A DNA stretch of 64,000 nt, from the IMG/VR virus record IMGVR_UViG_3300029705_000021, one strand, 5' to 3'. Shown here in pieces: positions 1 through 10,519 of the stretch. Numbering within the stretch: the stretch's first letter is position 1; the number at the start of each line of letters is the position of its first letter. Source of the DNA: a virus. Lineage: Duplodnaviria; Caudoviricetes. The translations under genes and the position numbers were made by a program. The notes below the pieces were generated by a model that had not been told where the DNA came from, ran no database searches, and saw only the letters and a program-made list of their open reading frames with translations.

Positions 1-2
1 AT

Positions 3-3000
3 CTTAGAGTATGTTATACTGATGATACTAACGTATTACTTAATTTTGCGAATGATGGAAGTCAAACGTTATTTGTAACAGATAGTAGTAAGAGTGTTAA
101 GAGTTTAGTAGGTGTAAACAATGTTGGTATTGCAACTTTTGAATATGAATACTTCGGTATACAAGAAGGTATATGTACCCTTGAAGATTTTGAACCATAT
201 GTAGGTGTACATTCTAGTCCTAGTCCAGATTACCCACAAGATATTAAGTCTGTAGGCGATATGGGTTGGTTTGATGGAGAGTTGTTGCAGGGATATCGTG
301 CAAAAGGAACTCTTACTTCAGTAACTAATCACGTTTGTAGCAAAAATTTTGTGCCTTGTAAAGAGGGAGATAACATTAAACTTGCTTATGAAGAAAATGT
401 ATCTCAGTTAGCTATATTTTTTTATGATGAAAATATGGTATATATAAGTTCGTCATACAATACAAATCAAAGCGAATATGAAGTTATAGCACCGACTAAT
501 GCTTGTTACTTTGATTGGTTTATTAACAAGGGAAGTATCACACCGAGCAACACAAAGAAGATAGTTGTAACGATAAATGGTACTTATGCTATTAAAATGA
601 AGAGTACTGGAAAGAATTTGTTATCATCTGATAATATAATTACATATATAAATGCTAATGTTAATAATGGTGTAGTAACACAAAGTTCTGCAGATACTGC
701 AACATCAGTAGTGTTTAAATTACAGACTACTAAAAATGATTCATATAATGGTGAAATATCATCTAATCTTACAGTAACTTCAACAGGTAGATATTCTAAA
801 AAATTCACTAAGACTAAAGATTTTAATGGATTTAGATTTGGTTTAAATGGTACTGATACAGATACATTGGTAAAATTTGGAGTTGAACATTTAATAGATG
901 ATAAAGAATATGTATTATCATTTGAAGTTACAAACATAACACAGGGTAGTATTTCTTGGAAGAATATGCAACTTGAAATTGGTTCAGAAGCGACTGATTA
1001 TGAATCTTATAAGGAAAACATTGAGTACATTCCAATTAATGAACCTTTAAGAAGTATTAATAATGTTAGAGATGAAATAGTTTGTGTAGATAATGTTTAT
1101 GGTGTTTTGAGAAAAAGTGGTTGTACACATGTTACTTCTGTTGCCAGCAAATACAATACAACTGCAACGAATTATTTCTATTATATAGAAACAATTAGTA
1201 ATTTAAATTTGAAAACTATTGTACAATGTAATAATCTTATTAAAAATAATTATAGTCAGGTAAATGGTAAAGCAATAAGAAATGTTGGTTTAAGTATTTA
1301 TCGAGGAAAACTTGGAATAAATGTTGGTTATTACTTATCAGCAAATAACATTGATACAATGAATACATGGTTGGCTGAAAATCCTACATATATGTATTAT
1401 CAATTAACAGAAACAGTATTTGAACCATTTGAAAACCAAACAATATTTAATAACATTTTAGCTTACAATCCTACTCTTATCTCTGCAACAGATGATATGG
1501 AGATGGAAATCAAGTACTTTACTAATTCCGTTGATGGTCAATTAGCATATGAAGCAATTAATAAAGTTAAGAATGATTTAAATGAAGAAATTTTGAGTCT
1601 AGATGGAGATATTACTACTATAAATGATAATATTACTAGAATAGATGGAGATATTACTACTATAAATGATAATATTACTAGAATAGATGAAGATATTACT
1701 ACTTTAGATAAAAAAGTTGTTCTTAATAATACAGAATTAAATGATACAATTAATAGTATGAATTTAAGTGATAAATCAGAAGGAAATAGTATACTTTTAA
1801 CAAATAGTATTGATAGTGAAGTAATAGACTTTAAAGCTTATGGTAGAAGTGAACAAGTAAACTATACTGGTAAACATTTGTTAAAATCAACATTAACAAC
1901 TACTACAAGTAATGGTGTAACTTGTACTGATAATGGTGATGGTACTTATGCGTTGAATGGTACACCAAGTGAAGATACTATTTTTAATGTATATGCAGAC
2001 ACCGATTTAATAAATTTATTAAATAATTATAATGGACAAACATTAAATATAATTGGTGGTACATCAAGTTCTATAGCAGTTTGTATTTATATTAAGAGTG
2101 AAAGTACTGAATTTGAAAATACATCTCTTGACAGAAATATATCACGTACTTTTACTGTACCAACAGATACAGTAACAAGTGCCAGTATACAGATACGTTT
2201 AAAAGTTAATACACCATTATCAAATAATGTTGTAAAACCAATGATTACAACAGATTTAACAGCAAAATATGAAGATTATGAACCATACGTAGGTGGTATA
2301 CCATCACCAAATCCAGATTATCCACAAGATATTAAGTCTGTAGGTGATATGGGATGGTTTGATGGAGAATTGTTGCAGGGATATCATAGCTCAAGTTCAG
2401 GTACATATACTAACTCTATTGGTTATGTATGCAGTAAAAATATGATGCCTTGCAAAAATGGTGATACTATTAAACTTATCTATGAAGAAACTGCTAATGG
2501 ATTAAGTTTTGTATATTTTGATGAGAACGGAACTTTTATCAGTAAAGAAAGTGTTAATTATGTTAGCGAATTGATTGGAACAATACCGACAGATGCGAGA
2601 TTTTTTCATATTAACATAAATCAGTCAAGTATCACCCCATCCACAGCCAAGAAGATAGTTGTTATAATTAATGATACTTATGCTGTTAAGGTTAAGAGTA
2701 CAGGTAAGAATTTGTTGCCAAGTTTTCGTAGTAGAACAGCAAGCAGTTTAACTTTTGCGAGTAACGAAAAAGGCGCAGTGGCGATTACTGGTACATCTAC
2801 GTCAACAGCCTCACCTGGCGAGATTGTAAAATTAAAAGCAGGCGATTATATATTGAGTGGCGCAAGTGACATAGCGAATATAACGACATCTATAAACTAC
2901 CTTCGTGTAATAGTTAATGGTAAATACTATATGGATAAAGGGGATGGTGTGGCATTCAGTTTAGAAGAAGAAACAGAAGTGATAGTACAAATTGTAGTTG

Positions 3001-5768
3001 GTAATGGTGTGACAATAAATACAACGTATTACCCAATGATACGTAGAGCAGAAATTGCAGATAGTACCTTTGAACCTTATAAAGAACACGTTGAATGGAT
3101 ACCACTTAGTAAACCTTTAAGAAGTATTGGTGATGTTAAGGACGAAATCGTATATCAAGATGGTGTATATGGTGTATTGAGAAATTATACCGATGATACA
3201 TATGATGGTTCAGATGACGAAAGTTTAGGTGCAAATTCAACTATAGCTTGGATTTTAAATTCAAGATATAATGTCACAGAAGATAGAGATAAAGCTTTAT
3301 GTACGCATTACACAAATAATCCTAATGTTTCAGTATATAACAATGCGTCAGCAGGCTCAAATTTATCAAATGGAGAATTTGCTCTAGGAACAAGTACTAT
3401 AGCAACAGCAAGATTTTATTTCAAAAACGATAGTATTACTAGTCTTGATTTATGGAAAACATGGTTACAAGCTAACCCTATTAGAATGACATATAGACTT
3501 GCAAATCCAATATTTGAACCATTTGAAGATCAATCTCCATTCTATAATATCAAGACATATAACAATGTAACTCATATATTTATAACAGATGATGCAGAAA
3601 CAAATGTAACATATTATAGAAATTCAACAGATGGTCAAGCTGTATATGATTTAATAAGTAAAGCTACATCAACAGATGGTCAAGCTGTATATGATTTAAT
3701 AAGTAAAGCTACAAATCTTTTAGATGAAGATATTACTGATTTAAATGAAAAGGTAGAATCTTATAATGAAGAAGTAAATGATAGAATTGATGACATGAAA
3801 GTAAATGATGAGTCTTCAGGAAGTCCTATTTTATTAACAGATAGTGCTGATGGAAATCTTATTAACTTTGAATGTACAGGTGGAAGTTCGCAGAAGAGTT
3901 ACAGTGGAAAGAATTTGTTAGAGAATGATGCAACATCACAGACAGTAGGTGGACTTACATTCACAGTAAATGATGATGGAAGTATTAAGGTAAGTGGCAC
4001 AGTAACAGGTGCTAATAATTTACAAATTAAAACCCTTACACTAGCAGCAGGTACTTATGTGTTAAGTGGTATGGAAAATGTAAGTGGTTCAGGCGATATG
4101 GTAATGAGGGTATATGATGTAACGAATAGTAAGATAATAGCAGATTTAAGCAAAGGTTCAACTTCAATTATCTTTACACTTTCAAGCGAAACTACTTTGA
4201 GTATATATATAAACTTTAACACAGTAGGTATAACATATAGTGGTACAATTTATCCAATGATTTCAGTGGAAGGTGGAAACTATGAGCCATATACAGGTGT
4301 ACAGCCAAGCCCTAATCCTTCATATCCACAGCTTATCAAGTCAAAGGGTGATTGTGGGTGGAATGATGGTGAATATTTACAAGGCAGATATGATGGTACA
4401 GGCACATTTATATCATCAAGTAACTATATCTGTAATAAGAACTTAATACCTTGTAATGAAGGTGATGTTGTGAAATTTGCTTATGAAACTACATTAGGAC
4501 AAATTATCATAGGTTTTTATGATAAAGACAAGAATTTTATCAGCAGTTCATATAACCTTAGTCAAAGTGAATATGGGGTTACAGCTCCTACTAATGCTGC
4601 ATATTCTTATTGGAATGCTAATTTAAGTGGTATCACCCCATCCAACGCAAAGAAAATTGTTGTTACGATAAATGGTACTTATACTGTTAAGTTGACTAGC
4701 ATAGGTAAAAATCAATTTGACGAAAGTCAGTTACTTTTAGCTAGTGGGTGGACTTATAGTGATGGGGTTTATAGTGGTTCTATTTGGGAACTCTATAAAG
4801 TATTTAAAAATGGATTTGACTTGCCTAAGTTCCTTACCAATACACAATACACAATATCGTATTATGCGAAAACCGATACTGTTGGAAATAATTCAAGATT
4901 AAGAATATATTATACAGATGGTACTGTTGGCGAATTAGGTTTAGGGAGTTCAACAACAGAATATCAGTATGTAAAATTAATAACTTTAAGTGGTAAAACC
5001 ATACAGAGAATAGGTTATACCTATGGTTCAGATGCAACTATTTACATCAAAAACTTCCAAATCGAAGTAGGTTCAACAGCAACCGAATATAAGAAGTTTG
5101 AGGAACACACCGAATGGATACCACTTGCAGAGCCTTTGCGTGGTATTGGCGATAGTGCTGATACTATCAAGGCTACAGATGACTTGTATAGAGGTCATAG
5201 GAAATTTAAAGAGGTTGTGCTTGATGGTTCAGCAGATTGGGTTTTATCAACAACATTTGTCGGTGCTGTTTATGTAAAAACATTACCTTACGGATTAAAA
5301 CCATTTGGATTAGGATTATGTGATAAATTTACTTATGTAAGTAGTGATTATGCTTACAATAAGGGTAAATTTATGATTGACTCTAACAGTATTCGTTTTT
5401 GGATTCAAGATACAGCATTTGAGAGTATTGATGAGGTAAGAAGTTGGTTTAATGAAAACCCTGTTACTGTATTATATGAGATTGCAGAGGAAGAAATTGA
5501 AGAGCTAGACCAAACACCATTCTATAACCTAAAAACCTTCGAGGGTGTGACGTATATATCAGCGAGTGATGATATGGATATGGTGGTTGAATACTATCGT
5601 AACTCTAATACAGGACAAGCTATGGCTGATTTAGATGTTAAGGTTAATAATCATATTCTAAATTTAGACTTTACTCCTACAGTTAATGATAATGGTAAAA
5701 TACTTGGAATTGTAGATGGTAAAATTTCGTTAATTACTATTACAAATGGAAATGAGGTGAACTATTAA
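3..5768 (+). CDS. Large modular tail fibre / receptor-binding-like protein, 5' truncated by the window edge
   Basis: The frame is open from position 3, so the ATG at 261 is internal. An approximately 690-aa module repeats, marked by EPYxGxxxSPxPxYPQxIKSxGDxGWxDGExLQG near 190, 2280 and 4285. It has beta-rich GKNLL segments and coiled-coil linkers, and sits next to LRR and lysis genes. Confidence 0.7.
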   Translation, partial: LRVCYTDDTNVLLNFANDGSQTLFVTDSSKSVKSLVGVNNVGIATFEYEYFGIQEGICTLEDFEPYVGVHSSPSPDYPQDIKSVGDMGWFDGELLQGYRAKGTLTSVTNHVCSKNFVPCKEGDNIKLAYEENVSQLAIFFYDENMVYISSSYNTNQSEYEVIAPTNACYFDWFINKGSITPSNTKKIVVTINGTYAIKMKSTGKNLLSSDNIITYINANVNNGVVTQSSADTATSVVFKLQTTKNDSYNGEISSNLTVTSTGRYSKKFTKTKDFNGFRFGLNGTDTDTLVKFGVEHLIDDKEYVLSFEVTNITQGSISWKNMQLEIGSEATDYESYKENIEYIPINEPLRSINNVRDEIVCVDNVYGVLRKSGCTHVTSVASKYNTTATNYFYYIETISNLNLKTIVQCNNLIKNNYSQVNGKAIRNVGLSIYRGKLGINVGYYLSANNIDTMNTWLAENPTYMYYQLTETVFEPFENQTIFNNILAYNPTLISATDDMEMEIKYFTNSVDGQLAYEAINKVKNDLNEEILSLDGDITTINDNITRIDGDITTINDNITRIDEDITTLDKKVVLNNTELNDTINSMNLSDKSEGNSILLTNSIDSEVIDFKAYGRSEQVNYTGKHLLKSTLTTTTSNGVTCTDNGDGTYALNGTPSEDTIFNVYADTDLINLLNNYNGQTLNIIGGTSSSIAVCIYIKSESTEFENTSLDRNISRTFTVPTDTVTSASIQIRLKVNTPLSNNVVKPMITTDLTAKYEDYEPYVGGIPSPNPDYPQDIKSVGDMGWFDGELLQGYHSSSSGTYTNSIGYVCSKNMMPCKNGDTIKLIYEETANGLSFVYFDENGTFISKESVNYVSELIGTIPTDARFFHININQSSITPSTAKKIVVIINDTYAVKVKSTGKNLLPSFRSRTASSLTFASNEKGAVAITGTSTSTASPGEIVKLKAGDYILSGASDIANITTSINYLRVIVNGKYYMDKGDGVAFSLEEETEVIVQIVVGNGVTINTTYYPMIRRAEIADSTFEPYKEHVEWIPLSKPLRSIGDVKDEIVYQDGVYGVLRNYTDDTYDGSDDESLGANSTIAWILNSRYNVTEDRDKALCTHYTNNPNVSVYNNASAGSNLSNGEFALGTSTIATARFYFKNDSITSLDLWKTWLQANPIRMTYRLANPIFEPFEDQSPFYNIKTYNNVTHIFITDDAETNVTYYRNSTDGQAVYDLISKATSTDGQAVYDLISKATNLLDEDITDLNEKVESYNEEVNDRIDDMKVNDESSGSPILLTDSADGNLINFECTGGSSQKSYSGKNLLENDATSQTVGGLTFTVNDDGSIKVSGTVTGANNLQIKTLTLAAGTYVLSGMENVSGSGDMVMRVYDVTNSKIIADLSKGSTSIIFTLSSETTLSIYINFNTVGITYSGTIYPMISVEGGNYEPYTGVQPSPNPSYPQLIKSKGDCGWNDGEYLQGRYDGTGTFISSSNYICNKNLIPCNEGDVVKFAYETTLGQIIIGFYDKDKNFISSSYNLSQSEYGVTAPTNAAYSYWNANLSGITPSNAKKIVVTINGTYTVKLTSIGKNQFDESQLLLASGWTYSDGVYSGSIWELYKVFKNGFDLPKFLTNTQYTISYYAKTDTVGNNSRLRIYYTDGTVGELGLGSSTTEYQYVKLITLSGKTIQRIGYTYGSDATIYIKNFQIEVGSTATEYKKFEEHTEWIPLAEPLRGIGDSADTIKATDDLYRGHRKFKEVVLDGSADWVLSTTFVGAVYVKTLPYGLKPFGLGLCDKFTYVSSDYAYNKGKFMIDSNSIRFWIQDTAFESIDEVRSWFNENPVTVLYEIAEEEIEELDQTPFYNLKTFEGVTYISASDDMDMVVEYYRNSNTGQAMADLDVKVNNHILNLDFTPTVNDNGKILGIVDGKISLITITNGNEVNY
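1601..1701 (+). repeat. 42-bp in-frame tandem repeat (about 2.5 copies, DGDITTINDNITRI)
   Basis: Direct repeat agatggagatattactactataaatgataatattactagaat; 14 aa equals two heptads. Confidence 0.9.
3624..3713 (+). repeat. Perfect 45-bp in-frame tandem duplication (STDGQAVYDLISKAT x2)
   Basis: tcaacagatggtcaagctgtatatgatttaataagtaaagctaca occurs twice in tandem. Confidence 0.9.
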
Positions 5769-6913
5769 TGGCTAACGTATTTGTTGAAGAATCTTATTTA
5801 CAAGACATTGCAAATGCAATTAGAACAAAAACTGATACTACTGATACTATGAAAGTTTCTGAAATGGCTGAGAAGATTGAGGGAATTGAAGCTGGTGGTG
5901 ATATTACAGCATTGGTTGATAAATCAATTACTGAATGTACTTTACCTGAAGGAATAAATATTGGAGATTATGCTTTTTATGGTTGTACAAATTTAGCATT
6001 AACTTCATTACCTGAAGGGGTTACTATTGGAAGATATATTTTTAGTGGTTGTACTAATTTAGAATTAACTTCATTACCAGATAGTATAACTATAATTAAT
6101 GTTGGTGCTTTTCAAAATTGTACTAATTTAGCATTAACTTCATTGCCTGAAGGAGTTACTAGTGTTGGTGATTATGCTTTTGAAAGTTGTACTAATTTAG
6201 CATTAACTTCATTACCTGATGGTGTTACTTATATTGGAACTGAAGCTTTTTATTATTGTACAAAATTAGCATTAACTTCATTGCCTGACGGTGTTACTTA
6301 TATTGGAAAATCTGCTTTCGTAAATTGTACTAATTTAGAATTAACTTCATTACCTGAAAATGTTACTGATATTGGAGATTATGCTTTTCAAAATTGTACA
6401 AATTTAGCATTAACTTCATTACCTACTAGTATAACTAAAATTAATAATGGTACTTTTTATGGTTGTAAAAACATAAGAATAACTTCATTACCTGATAGTG
6501 TTACTAGTATTGGAGAACATGCTTTTTATAATTGTACTAGTTTAACACAATTTCCAACATCAACTACAGTTACTACTATTGAAAGATATGCTTTTTGTGG
6601 TTGCAATAGAATGGCTTATGTTTCATTTCCAAATACATTAACAAGTATTGGAGATTATGCTTTTAAAGGTTGTACAAATTTAGCATTAACTTCATTACCT
6701 GAAAATGTTACTACTATTGGAAAACAAGCTTTTTATGGTAGTACTTTGATGAGAACTTTAACTTTTAATGGAACACCTACTTCTATTGCTTCAAATGCTT
6801 TTGGTAATTGTACTAATTTAAGAACAATTAACGTACCTTGGGCAGAGGGAGCTGTAGCTAATGCACCTTGGGGAGCAACTAATGCAACTATTAATTATAA
6901 CTATACTAGTTAA
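5768..6913 (+). CDS. BspA-type leucine-rich repeat (LRR_5) protein, probably a virion adhesin
   Basis: About 13 repeats of 23 aa (LPEGVTxIGDYAFxxCTNLALTS). The N-terminus LQDIANAIRTK is typical of phage tail accessory proteins. Confidence 0.85.
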   Translation: MANVFVEESYLQDIANAIRTKTDTTDTMKVSEMAEKIEGIEAGGDITALVDKSITECTLPEGINIGDYAFYGCTNLALTSLPEGVTIGRYIFSGCTNLELTSLPDSITIINVGAFQNCTNLALTSLPEGVTSVGDYAFESCTNLALTSLPDGVTYIGTEAFYYCTKLALTSLPDGVTYIGKSAFVNCTNLELTSLPENVTDIGDYAFQNCTNLALTSLPTSITKINNGTFYGCKNIRITSLPDSVTSIGEHAFYNCTSLTQFPTSTTVTTIERYAFCGCNRMAYVSFPNTLTSIGDYAFKGCTNLALTSLPENVTTIGKQAFYGSTLMRTLTFNGTPTSIASNAFGNCTNLRTINVPWAEGAVANAPWGATNATINYNYTS

Positions 6914-6933
6914 TAAATTTAAAGAGGTGACTT

Positions 6934-7380
6934 ATGAATAAAGTTATTAAGACAATTTTAGAATTCTTTGTCGTATGGTGCGTAGGAGGTTCTGTTTATT
7001 TTTTAATGGAAACTGCTTGGAGAGCTGACCACACAAGTCATTGGAGTATGTTGATTTTAGGTGGCATTTGTACATGTCTTGTTGGATTAGTAAATCAACT
7101 TTATTTTACTTGGAATATGAATTTATTCTTACAAATGTTTATAGGTTCTATTATTATTACAGTGTCAGAATTTGTAACTGGTTGTATAGTAAATCTTTGG
7201 CTTAGTTGGAATGTATGGGATTACTCTCATCTTCCATTTAATGTGATGGGACAAATATGTATCCCTTTTATGATATTGTGGTTTTTCCTATCTGCATTAA
7301 TAATTTTTGTAGATGATATTATAAGATATAAATTATTTGGAGAAGAAAACCCACACTACTACTTCTTTAATAAGAAATAA
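6934..7380 (+). CDS. Four-TM membrane protein (putative ABC-permease-like / CmpB-like family)
   Basis: Four hydrophobic segments and a WDYSHLPFNVMGQIC motif. Confidence 0.65.
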   Translation: MNKVIKTILEFFVVWCVGGSVYFLMETAWRADHTSHWSMLILGGICTCLVGLVNQLYFTWNMNLFLQMFIGSIIITVSEFVTGCIVNLWLSWNVWDYSHLPFNVMGQICIPFMILWFFLSALIIFVDDIIRYKLFGEENPHYYFFNKK

Positions 7381-7412
7381 CTATAAATAACAATTTAATA
7401 AAAATATAAACC

Positions 7413-7444
7413 AAGAGACTCTATAGAAATATAGGGTCTCTTTT
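7413..7444 (+). terminator. Rho-independent terminator-like hairpin
   Basis: gagactctat-agaa-atagggtctc-like stem followed by tttt. Confidence 0.6.
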
Positions 7445-7461
7445 AATTTAAAAAGGAGGAA

Positions 7462-8712
7462 ATGATTATGAGTAATAGTTCTTTAGTAAATTATACAAGA
7501 ATTTCACCAAACAGCACAAATCCTAGAAAAGACAAGATTAAGAAGATTACTATTCATCATATGGCTGGTAATTGGTCGGTAGAAACTTGTGGTAATGGAT
7601 TTGCTTCGGCTTCAAGAAAAGCTTCTTCTAATTATGGAATTGATTCAAATGGTCGAGTTGGTATGTACGTTGAGGAAAAGAACAGAGCTTGGACTAGCGG
7701 AAATGCAGACAATGATAATCAAGCGATTACGATTGAGGTTGCTAATGATGTAGTTGGTGGGAATTGGCACGTAAGTGATAAAGCTCTTGCTAAATTAATT
7801 GACCTTTGTGTTGATATCTGCAAGAGAAACGATATTGAAGAATTGATTTTTACAGGTGATGCAAGAGGTAATTTAACAATGCATAGATACTTTCAAGCTA
7901 CAGCGTGTCCTGGTGAGTATCTTGCCAGTAAATTCCCTTATATCGCTTCTGAAGTAAATAAGAGACTTAAGCCTACACCGAATTATGTGGGTTATCTTGA
8001 CAGTGCTACTTCTACTTCTGCTTCTGGTTGGGCTTGGAATAGTATTGATGACACAGCGTTAAAGGTTGAAATTAAAGCATATAAAGATGGTAAATTTGTA
8101 AGAACATTTGCTACAAATGCTGACGTTTATAGAACAGATTTAAAGAGTGCAGGCAAGGGAAATGGTAAACACGGATTTAATACCAAACTTGATTTCAATG
8201 GTCTTGGTTATGGTACATTTACACTTAAAGCATTTGCTAATGGTGTTCAGTTAACAAATACAAAGACTGTAACTATCGAAGCTCCAAAAGCTACTGTAAC
8301 TCCTAAACCTAGTGTAAATGTTAGTGCTTCAAACTCAACATCTACATATACTGTTGTTTATGGTGATAGTTATTGGGCAATTGCCAAAAAATTAGGTAAT
8401 GCAAATAGATTTCAAGAAATTCAAAAATTGAATAATAATAAGCCTTTATATGCTGGACATACAATACTTGTTCCTTCTGATATGAAAAAGGCTTCTAGCA
8501 CATCTAATTCAACTACTACAACACTAAAAGATGGTGATAGAATCAAGTTAGAGTCAGGTGCAACTTATGTAAATGGCAAATCTATACCTCTTTGGATAAG
8601 AGTATTACCTTTATATTATAGGGGTAAGAATGCCGATGGTATTATATTTAGCACTCAAAAGACTGGTGCTATTACTGGCGTAGTCAAAGCTAATATGGTT
8701 AAAAAGGTTTAG
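7462..8712 (+). CDS. Endolysin: Amidase_2 N-acetylmuramoyl-L-alanine amidase with a LysM cell-wall-binding domain
   Basis: ITIHHMAG, ASSNYGI, AITIEVAN and HRYFQATACPG amidase motifs; LysM YTVVYGDSYWAIAKKL. Confidence 0.9.
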   Translation: MIMSNSSLVNYTRISPNSTNPRKDKIKKITIHHMAGNWSVETCGNGFASASRKASSNYGIDSNGRVGMYVEEKNRAWTSGNADNDNQAITIEVANDVVGGNWHVSDKALAKLIDLCVDICKRNDIEELIFTGDARGNLTMHRYFQATACPGEYLASKFPYIASEVNKRLKPTPNYVGYLDSATSTSASGWAWNSIDDTALKVEIKAYKDGKFVRTFATNADVYRTDLKSAGKGNGKHGFNTKLDFNGLGYGTFTLKAFANGVQLTNTKTVTIEAPKATVTPKPSVNVSASNSTSTYTVVYGDSYWAIAKKLGNANRFQEIQKLNNNKPLYAGHTILVPSDMKKASSTSNSTTTTLKDGDRIKLESGATYVNGKSIPLWIRVLPLYYRGKNADGIIFSTQKTGAITGVVKANMVKKV

Positions 8713-8774
8713 ATAGAAGCAATGATGAGTTAGAGAAAAAGAAACCTAAATAAAATAAAAGAAAGGAATGCGAT

Positions 8775-9332
8775 ATGTTAGATTATTTAGATAAACTTAG
8801 TGCTCCAGAATGGCTCGTTATAAGTATTATATTCTTAGCTGTTGTTGCTGATATTATTGGTTTGATGTCTAAATTATGGGGTGTGATTGCACCAAAGATA
8901 TTTAAAATATCAACTAATATGTCAAGAAAAAAAGAAATTGAAAAAATTATTTTAAGTAATCAAGAAAAAATCCAAAAGTTAGAAGAAGAACAGATTAAAG
9001 ACAGAGAAGCTTCTAAAAAGGCAGATAAAGATATAAAAAATGAAATCAATAAAACCAATGATAAATTAGATGAACTAAATAATTTGGTTGTCAGTATGCA
9101 TATTGATAATTTAAGAGTTCAGATTATGGATTTTGCGTCTGCCTGTAGAATAAGAAATTATACTCGTGAACAATATCATGAAATTTTTCAGTTATGCGAT
9201 AAATATAAAAATCTAATTGAAAAATATAATATAAAAAATGGAGTATTTGTTATATCTTTAGAGATTATCAGAGAAAGATATAAAGAATTAGACGAGTTAC
9301 ATGGATTTCTTGAGGATAATATTAGTGATTAG
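8775..9332 (+). CDS. Membrane-anchored coiled-coil protein of the lysis cassette
   Basis: N-terminal TM segment, coiled coil, directly after the endolysin. Confidence 0.55.
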   Translation: MLDYLDKLSAPEWLVISIIFLAVVADIIGLMSKLWGVIAPKIFKISTNMSRKKEIEKIILSNQEKIQKLEEEQIKDREASKKADKDIKNEINKTNDKLDELNNLVVSMHIDNLRVQIMDFASACRIRNYTREQYHEIFQLCDKYKNLIEKYNIKNGVFVISLEIIRERYKELDELHGFLEDNISD

Positions 9333-9348
9333 ATGAGGTGAGAATACA

Positions 9349-9816
9349 ATGTGTAAGAGCAAGAACGACAAAAAAGAAAACAAGAAAAGAAATAAATTTC
9401 AGTTCTCCAAATTAATTGTAATTGTAACTTGTATAATTTTCGTAGCATGTTTATATCATGGGCTTACTCTTGATTTAGAACATTATGCCGATTTGACAAT
9501 TGTGGCTACTAGTATTACTGTTTCTGCAGGATTAGCAGGTTCAAGTATAATTTGGTATCTTAAAAAGAGTCAATCAGAGAATAATGTAAAACTTAAAACA
9601 GAATTATACAAAGTGGCTTCACAAGAAAGATTATATTATAATGAACAGATGATGATATTAAAACAAAAATATATGTTATCAGATGAAGATATAATGGCGA
9701 TTGAAAATGATTCACCAATGGATGATTTTGAATCAGAAGCCTTATCTTCTATTCAATCAGTAATTAATGTCGCTGAAAGCGAAGCTGATTCCCCAATAGA
9801 ATTGCAAAATTATTAA
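9349..9816 (+). CDS. Two-TM holin-like protein
   Basis: Basic N-terminus, two TM helices, lysis cassette context. Confidence 0.55.
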   Translation: MCKSKNDKKENKKRNKFQFSKLIVIVTCIIFVACLYHGLTLDLEHYADLTIVATSITVSAGLAGSSIIWYLKKSQSENNVKLKTELYKVASQERLYYNEQMMILKQKYMLSDEDIMAIENDSPMDDFESEALSSIQSVINVAESEADSPIELQNY

Positions 9817-9838
9817 TTAAATATAGGAGGAATGACAT

Positions 9839-10243
9839 ATGGAATTATTAAGAGATGTTTTAGAAATAATTATTTATACTATAATTACTGGATGTGGTGT
9901 TGTTGTATGTGCTAAAATTACAAATTTTTTAAATAATAAAGTTGATGAATTGCAAGCAACTGCTAAACTTGCCGAATACGAAAAACTTAATAAAATTATT
10001 GATAAAGCACAAGTAACAATAACCGATATTGTAACAAAAATAAATCAAATTTTTGTTAACGACCTTAAACAGTCAGGATCATTTACAAAAGAATCTGCCA
10101 AAGAAGCAAAAGATAAAGCTTTAGCAGAGGCAAAAGATTTAATTAATCAAGAAACTGTTTCTGCAATTGAAATAATGCATGGATCATATGATAAATGGTT
10201 GGATACAATGATAGAAAAAACTGTAAACGAGCTTAAGAAATAA
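9839..10243 (+). CDS. Holin-like protein (LL-H-like)
   Basis: One N-terminal TM followed by a helical domain ending IEKTVNELKK; lysis cassette context. Confidence 0.6.
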   Translation: MELLRDVLEIIIYTIITGCGVVVCAKITNFLNNKVDELQATAKLAEYEKLNKIIDKAQVTITDIVTKINQIFVNDLKQSGSFTKESAKEAKDKALAEAKDLINQETVSAIEIMHGSYDKWLDTMIEKTVNELKK

Positions 10244-10296
10244 AGTAATAAAACAAATAAAACTAATTAAAATTATAATAAAAGGAATAAAAGGAT

Positions 10297-10464
10297 ATGA
10301 GTAAAATTTATGTTACATATAATGTCTTATTAAAACAATATCTGAGACAAAAAGGAATTAATGATGTTTTATATGGACTAAATCCTAAAAGTTTAAAACC
10401 TTTTTGGGTATATGAACGAACAATTGAATTAGAAGCAATATTAAAAGACTGGTTTAATCATTAG
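10297..10464 (+). CDS. Small 55-aa hypothetical protein missed by the ORF track (MSKIYVTYNVLLKQYLRQKG...DWFNH)
   Basis: AAAGGA RBS, ATG...TAG in frame, immediately upstream of the HNH gene. Confidence 0.6.
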   Translation: MSKIYVTYNVLLKQYLRQKGINDVLYGLNPKSLKPFWVYERTIELEAILKDWFNH

Positions 10465-10519
10465 ATTATCCAGTCTTTTTTAATGTACAAAAGTAAAGAC
10501 AAGAAAGGAACGAAAGAAT

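Noticed and set aside
5768-6913. Diversity-generating retroelement acting on the LRR or fibre genes
   Set aside because: No reverse transcriptase in the window and no template/variable repeat pair with adenine-specific mismatches was seen.
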